Positions 58,809 to 64,000 of a stretch of 64,000 nt of DNA are shown here, piece after piece. The DNA lies in contig JAJYFF010000005.1 in the NCBI GenBank assembly GCA_021785405.1, positions 23,738-87,737 of the forward strand, read 5' to 3'. Numbering within the stretch: position 1 is the first letter of the stretch; every line of letters starts with the position of its first letter. The notes below the pieces were generated by a model that was given only the letters and a program-made list of their open reading frames with translations, made no database searches and had not been told where the DNA came from. This DNA is from Pseudomonadota bacterium (GTDB lineage: Bacteria > Pseudomonadota > Gammaproteobacteria > Steroidobacterales > Steroidobacteraceae). A program made the position numbers and the translations under genes.

Positions 58809-58824
58809 GGGCACTTAGTATGCG
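58809..58824 (+). promoter_or_regulatory. candidate sigma-54 (-24/-12) promoter upstream of the corrinoid cluster
   Basis: GGGCAC-ttagt-ATGCG compared with the consensus TGGCAC-N5-TTGCW. The spacing is correct, and it lies about 65 nt upstream of the ATG at 58891. Confidence 0.3.
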
Positions 58825-58890
58825 ATGCTCGTGTCCGGAGCGCGGAACGAGCGCGAGAGACCCGTGGATCAATGACAGCTGGAGACCGCG

Positions 58891-59601
<711 letters not shown>

Positions 59602-59617
59602 GCGCACGGAGGGATCG

Positions 59618-60268
59618 ATGGTGGTCGACGGGCAGGGCACGCTGATCATCGCCTGCGGTGCGCTCGCGCACGAGGTGGCGGCGCTGCGCGCGGCGAACGG
59701 CTGGAGCGCGCTCGACGTGCGGTGTCTACCGCCGGAACTGCACAATCGGCCCGAACGCATCCCGGCAGCGGTTCGCGACTTGATTCGCGAATCCCGGCCG
59801 CAGTACCGGTCGATTTTCGTCGCGTACGGCGATTGCGGGACCGGCGGACGGCTCGACGAGGTATTGGCGGCCGAGGGGGTCGAGCGGATCCCGGGCGCGC
59901 ATTGCTACGAGTTCTACGCGACCGGGCCCGCGTTCGCCGCGCTCGCCGACGACGAGCCGGGTTCGTTCTACCTCACCGATTTCCTGCTGCGGCACTTCGA
60001 GCGCCTGGTGATCCGCGGTCTCGGCCTCGACCGTCACCCGGAGCTGTTCCCGACCTATTTCGGCAATTACCGGCGCCTCGTCTATCTCGCGCAGCGGCCG
60101 AGCGAGACCGCCGAGCGGGAGGCGCGCGTGATCGCCGAACGGATGGGGCTTGCGTTCGAGTACCGGCTCACGGGTTACGGGACGCTCGCGACGAGCCTCG
60201 CCGCGACCGTCGAACGCGGACAGGATACGGCGGGCCGCGAGCACCGGGTGGATGCATGGGCGAACTGA
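59618..60268 (+). CDS. DUF1638-domain protein
   Basis: MVVDGQGTLIIACGALAHEV...FVAYGDCGTGG...FYLTDFLLRHFE... is the pattern I associate with DUF1638, which co-occurs with corrinoid methyltransferase genes. RBS GGAGGG. Confidence 0.75.
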   Translation: MVVDGQGTLIIACGALAHEVAALRAANGWSALDVRCLPPELHNRPERIPAAVRDLIRESRPQYRSIFVAYGDCGTGGRLDEVLAAEGVERIPGAHCYEFYATGPAFAALADDEPGSFYLTDFLLRHFERLVIRGLGLDRHPELFPTYFGNYRRLVYLAQRPSETAEREARVIAERMGLAFEYRLTGYGTLATSLAATVERGQDTAGREHRVDAWAN

Positions 60269-60603
60269 CGATCATTTCCTGGCGCGACATCCCGGCACAG
60301 GTGATCGTGAAGCGCGGTCGCCTGTCGGCGAAAGTGCAGCTGTCGCAGCGCTTCCAGGAAGCGGTCGACCGCGCCGCGATGCGCGCCGGGAAGGGCAGTT
60401 CCGACGCGTATCTCGCGGATTGGAAGCGCAGCGCTCCGCGGCCGTGCAGTGACGACCTGCAGGCCGAAGCCGCCGCCGAGGCGGCGTCGATCGAGGCGCG
60501 CTACAGCGACGAAGACCTCGAGCGGCTGATCCGCGCGAAGGGCCTGGCCTCCCCGCCGCCGCCCCCCGCAGGGTCGACCGAGCCCGGCACCGGAGCGTCC
60601 TGA
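60256..60603 (+). CDS. small conserved protein of unknown function (resembles proteins annotated 'virulence factor' family in equivalent clusters)
   Basis: MGELTIISWRDIPAQVIVKRGRLSAKVQLSQRFQEAVDRAAMRAGKGSSDAYLADWKR... It overlaps the upstream gene by 13 nt, and its stop overlaps the next ATG (TGATG). Confidence 0.55.
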   Translation: MGELTIISWRDIPAQVIVKRGRLSAKVQLSQRFQEAVDRAAMRAGKGSSDAYLADWKRSAPRPCSDDLQAEAAAEAASIEARYSDEDLERLIRAKGLASPPPPPAGSTEPGTGAS

Positions 60604-61103
60604 TGTATTCGGTACGGCAATGGTCCGTGCGACACGCGCGCGGGCTCAACGCGTTCTATCGCGGATTCGAGGCGGTGCTCCTGCGCTGCCACCGGTTGTT
60701 CGAACGGATCGGCTACGAACGCCTCGAGCGCCCGGTCGCGTTCGTCGAGCGGAACGTCAAGGGACTCCTGTTCGACTGCCAGATGTGCGGTCAGTGCGCG
60801 TTGAGCTCGACGGGGATGTCGTGCCCGATGAATTGTCCGAAGACCTTGCGCAACGGACCTTGCGGCGGCGTGCGCGCGAACGGCCACTGCGAGGTCAAGC
60901 CGGAAATGAAATGCGTCTGGGTGGAGGCGTTCCGCGGTAGTCGGCGCATCGAGGGCGGGATCGACGCGATGAGCGAGGTCCAGTTCGCGGTCGATCAGCG
61001 GCTCAAGGGCCGGTCGTCGTGGTTGCGCGTCGTGCGGGAGAAGACCGAGAAGCCCCCAGCGGCCGCGAAAGCGGCGGCATCGGCGGGAGGGGCGGGTCGG
61101 TGA
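60603..61103 (+). CDS. methylenetetrahydrofolate reductase C-terminal-domain (MetV-like) Cys-rich protein
   Basis: ...LLFDCQMCGQCALSSTGMSCPMNCPKTLRNGPCGGV...CEV...CVW... has the Cys spacing I associate with MetV-type subunits. Confidence 0.8.
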   Translation: MYSVRQWSVRHARGLNAFYRGFEAVLLRCHRLFERIGYERLERPVAFVERNVKGLLFDCQMCGQCALSSTGMSCPMNCPKTLRNGPCGGVRANGHCEVKPEMKCVWVEAFRGSRRIEGGIDAMSEVQFAVDQRLKGRSSWLRVVREKTEKPPAAAKAAASAGGAGR

Positions 61104-62125
61104 AGTTCGACGACGAGCCGGCGCCTGGGCAGCCGCTGCCGATCCTGCCGGGCCACAGTTCGCCCGGGAGACTCGAGCGGGTATTGCGAGCGGGTTCGTT
61201 CGCGGTCACGACCGAGCTGGCGCCGCCGGATTCGGCCGATCCGGAGGAAGTCTACGCGCGCGCGCGCGTGTTCGACGGCTACGCCGACGCGATCAACGCG
61301 ACCGACGGCAGCGGCGCGAACTGTCACATGTCGAGCGTCGCGGTCTGCGCGCTCCTGACGCGCATCGGTTACGCGCCGGTGATGCAGATTTCGTGTCGCG
61401 ACAAGAACCGGATCGCGATCCAGGGGGACATCCTCGGCGGCGCGGCGATGGGCGTGTGCAACATGCTCTGCCTGACCGGGGATGGCGTGCAGGCGGGAGA
61501 CCATCCGCAAGCGAAGCCCGTATTCGATCTCGATTGCGTGTCCTTGCTCACGATCGCCCGCACCTTGCGGGACGAGAGTCACTTTCAGAGCGGCCGCAAG
61601 ATCACGTCCCCGCCCCACGTGTTCCTCGGAGCGGCCGAGAACCCGTCGGCGCTGCCGCACGACTGGCGCGCACGCCGCCTCGCGAAGAAGGTCGCCGCCG
61701 GGGCGCAATTCATCCAGACGCAGTATTGCTACGACCTGGCGCTGCTGCGGACCTTCATGCGCCACGTCGAGGATCTCGGTCTCATCGGCAAGGTCTTCAT
61801 CCTCGCGGGCGTCGGTCCGTTGCGCTCGGCCAAGACTGCGGACTGGATGCGCCGGAACGTCCCTGGCATGCACATTCCCGACGCGCTGATCGATCGGCTC
61901 GCCGGCGCGAAGGACCCCGCGCGCGAGGGCCGCGACCTGTGCGTCGAGCAGATCCAGGCGATCCGCGAGATCCCCGGCATCAGCGGCGTGCACGTGATGG
62001 CCTATCGACAGGAAGAGACCGTCGCCGAGATCATCGACCGGTCCGGCGTGCTCGCCGGCCGCGTGCCGTGGTTTCCGGGGCGCGAACAGGATCCGCGCGA
62101 TCCGCGTTCGCCCGGCGCCGCTTGA
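61100..62125 (+). CDS. methylenetetrahydrofolate reductase (MetF-like)
   Basis: ...FAVTTELAPPDSADP...INATDGSGANCHMSS...QISCRDKNR...FLGAAENP...AGAQFIQTQYCYD... GTG at 61100 overlaps the upstream stop (GTGA). Confidence 0.85.
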   Translation: MKFDDEPAPGQPLPILPGHSSPGRLERVLRAGSFAVTTELAPPDSADPEEVYARARVFDGYADAINATDGSGANCHMSSVAVCALLTRIGYAPVMQISCRDKNRIAIQGDILGGAAMGVCNMLCLTGDGVQAGDHPQAKPVFDLDCVSLLTIARTLRDESHFQSGRKITSPPHVFLGAAENPSALPHDWRARRLAKKVAAGAQFIQTQYCYDLALLRTFMRHVEDLGLIGKVFILAGVGPLRSAKTADWMRRNVPGMHIPDALIDRLAGAKDPAREGRDLCVEQIQAIREIPGISGVHVMAYRQEETVAEIIDRSGVLAGRVPWFPGREQDPRDPRSPGAA

Positions 62126-62179
62126 GATTTCCGGACACGGTGCGTCCGTGACCTTACGACTCCCCCACAGGATGACCCC

Positions 62180-63100
62180 ATGACAGATACCGTAGTGAGT
62201 TCCGCGACCAAGGAAGTGGTGATCGGTTTCGACCGGCCGTTCGTGATCATCGGCGAGCGCATCAACCCGACGGGCCGCAAGATTCTGGCCGCGGAGATGG
62301 CCGCCGGCGATTTCAGTCGCGTCGAGGCCGACGCGCGCGCCCAGGTCGAGGCCGGCGCGCACATGCTCGACGTCAATGCCGGGATCCCGCTCGCGGACGA
62401 ACCGGCGATCCTCGCGAAGGCGGTCCAGCTCGTGCAGTCGATCACCGACGTCCCGTTGTCGATCGACTCCTCGATCGTCGCGGCGTTGGAAGCGGGTTTG
62501 AAGGTCTACAAGGGCAAGGCGCTCGTGAATTCCGTGACCGGCGAAGAAGAGCGGCTCGAGGCGGTATTGCCCCTCGTGAAGAAATACGGGGCCGCGGTGA
62601 TCGCGATCTCGAACGACGAGACGGGGATCTCCGAGGATCCGGACGTGCGCTACGCGGTCGCGAAGAAGATCGTCGAGCGCGCGATCGATCACGGGATACC
62701 CGCGAGCGACGTCGTCGTCGATCCGCTGGTGATGCCGATCGGCGCGATCAATTCCGCAGGGGTGCAGGTACTGCGGCTGGTGCATCGCTTGCGCACCGAG
62801 CTCAAGGTCAACACGTCCTGCGGCGCCTCGAACGTCAGCTTCGGCCTGCCGAACCGCGACGGCATCAACAGCGCGTTCCTCACGATGGCGATCGGCGCCG
62901 GGATGACCTCGGCGATCGCGAATCCGTTGCATGCGGACGTCGTGCGCGCGTGCCTGGGCGCCGACGTGATGATGGGCCACGATCCGGACTGCGCGCGCTG
63001 GATCCGCAAGTACCGCGAAGTGCCGCCGCCGGGCGCGGCGGGCGAGGGTGCGGCTCGCGGACGGCGCGAAGGCGGCCTGCGGCGGCGGCCGTCGGCCTGA
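62180..63100 (+). CDS. methyltetrahydrofolate:corrinoid methyltransferase (pterin-binding domain, AcsE/MetH-domain/MtrH-like)
   Basis: ...FVIIGERINPTGRK...MLDVNAG...PLSIDSS...ALVNSVTGE...NTSCGASNVSFGLP... Confidence 0.85.
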   Translation: MTDTVVSSATKEVVIGFDRPFVIIGERINPTGRKILAAEMAAGDFSRVEADARAQVEAGAHMLDVNAGIPLADEPAILAKAVQLVQSITDVPLSIDSSIVAALEAGLKVYKGKALVNSVTGEEERLEAVLPLVKKYGAAVIAISNDETGISEDPDVRYAVAKKIVERAIDHGIPASDVVVDPLVMPIGAINSAGVQVLRLVHRLRTELKVNTSCGASNVSFGLPNRDGINSAFLTMAIGAGMTSAIANPLHADVVRACLGADVMMGHDPDCARWIRKYREVPPPGAAGEGAARGRREGGLRRRPSA

Positions 63101-63117
63101 GCCGGAACGATCTCACG

Positions 63118-64000
63118 ATGACCACTGCCGACCCGCTGATCGTCTTCATCCCTTCGGGCAAGCGCGGCCGTTTCCCGGTCGGCACCCCGGTGCTGCAAGC
63201 GGCCCGCGCGCTCGGCGTGGACATCGATTCGGTGTGCGGCGGCCGCGGCCTCTGTGGCCGCTGCCAGGTCCTCGTGGCCGAAGGCGAATTCGCGAAGCAC
63301 GGGATCAGCTCCACGCAAGCGAGCCTGACGCCGTTCAGCGAGCCGGAGCGGCGCTACGCGAAGCGCATGTCGCTCGCCGAAGGACGACGCCTGTCGTGCT
63401 CGGCACGGATCGAGGCCGATGTCGTGATCGACGTGCCGGCGAGCAGCCAGGTGCATCGGCAGGTCGTGCGCAAGGAGGCCGAGGTACGCTCGATCGAGCT
63501 CGATCCGGTCGTGCGGCTGCATTACGTGCAGGTCCGCGAACCGGACATGCACGATCCGTCCGGCGATCTGCGCCGCCTGTACGACGCGCTCGAGAAGGAA
63601 TGGGGCCTGCGCGACCTGTCCTCCGACCTGCGGGTCTTGCAGGTGGTTCAGCCGGCGCTGCGGGCGGGCGGCTGGGCCGTGACCGTCGCGGTCCACGCGG
63701 ACACGCGGATCCTCGACGTGTGGCCGGGCTTGCACGAGAAGGCCTACGGGCTCGCCGTCGACGTCGGCTCGACGACGATCGCGGCGCATCTGTGCGATCT
63801 GCAGACCGGCGACGTCGTCGCCAGCGCGGGCGTGATGAATCCCCAGATCCGCTTCGGCGAGGATCTGATGAGCCGCGTGTCCTATTCGATGATGAATCCC
63901 GGCGGCGCGGCGCAGATGACCGCCGCGGTCCGCGAAGCGCTGTCGACGCTCGCGGCCGACGTCACGAAGAGCGTCGGACTCTCGCCCGAGGACATCCTCG
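63118..64000 (+). CDS. ASKHA-domain corrinoid reductive activase (RACo/AcsV-like) with N-terminal 2Fe-2S ferredoxin domain; 3' end beyond the window
   Basis: MTTADPLIVFIPSGKRGRFPVGTPVLQAARALGVDIDSVCGGRGLCGRCQV...LSC... is a plant-type 2Fe-2S motif, followed by ...GLAVDVGSTTIAAHLCDL... (ASKHA phosphate-1 motif). Confidence 0.85.
   Translation, partial: MTTADPLIVFIPSGKRGRFPVGTPVLQAARALGVDIDSVCGGRGLCGRCQVLVAEGEFAKHGISSTQASLTPFSEPERRYAKRMSLAEGRRLSCSARIEADVVIDVPASSQVHRQVVRKEAEVRSIELDPVVRLHYVQVREPDMHDPSGDLRRLYDALEKEWGLRDLSSDLRVLQVVQPALRAGGWAVTVAVHADTRILDVWPGLHEKAYGLAVDVGSTTIAAHLCDLQTGDVVASAGVMNPQIRFGEDLMSRVSYSMMNPGGAAQMTAAVREALSTLAADVTKSVGLSPEDIL

Noticed and set aside
58597-58890. Possible cobalamin riboswitch upstream of the corrinoid-protein gene
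   Set aside because: I looked for the B12 box (rAGYCMGGAGACCKGCC) and the GGGAA / GCCACUG core elements. I found only a weak partial resemblance (GAUCCGAGACCGUCGC, ~58766-58781), in the wrong order relative to other elements. This is not supportable without a covariance-model search (Rfam RF00174).

Overview
Very GC-rich proteobacterial chromosomal segment (third codon positions are almost all G/C), tightly packed with about 50 genes. I found no transposase, integrase, CRISPR array, rRNA or recognisable prophage or defence genes. Most genes are housekeeping or amino-acid, amine and thiol metabolism: ald with a divergent lrp-type regulator, gabD, a thiolase, gshA, pyc, glnB, ilvH/ilvI, gloA, ilvA, rluF, a dsbD-family reductase, hrpB, ggt with a POT peptide transporter, and crcB with a DUF190 gene. 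The many very long Arg/Ala/Pro-rich ORFs in the track are stop-free antisense or off-frame artefacts of the high GC content, and I rejected them.

Four regions stand out:
1. 45744-46046: a tRNA-Ile(CAU)-type gene interrupted in its anticodon loop by a 226-nt Azoarcus-type group I intron.
2. 51685-57055: an orphan secreted ~890-aa protein with a Pro/Ala/Ser/Thr tail. It is translationally coupled to a PMT/ArnT-type GT-C glycosyltransferase and faces a polyprenyl-phosphate-sugar synthase-GtrA fusion. This is a candidate, uncharacterised periplasmic (protein O-?) glycosylation module.
3. 58891-64000+: a tightly coupled corrinoid methyl-transfer cluster (corrinoid protein, DUF1638, small protein, MetV-like, MetF-like, methyl-THF:corrinoid methyltransferase, RACo-like activator). 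No substrate methyltransferase is visible, and choline sulfatase lies divergently upstream.
4. 28456-28915: a 460-nt gene-free, partly AT-rich island with an orphan intrinsic terminator and stacked hairpins. This is a candidate sRNA or leader.

All coordinates and calls come from reading the sequence and the ORF translations. No database search was run.
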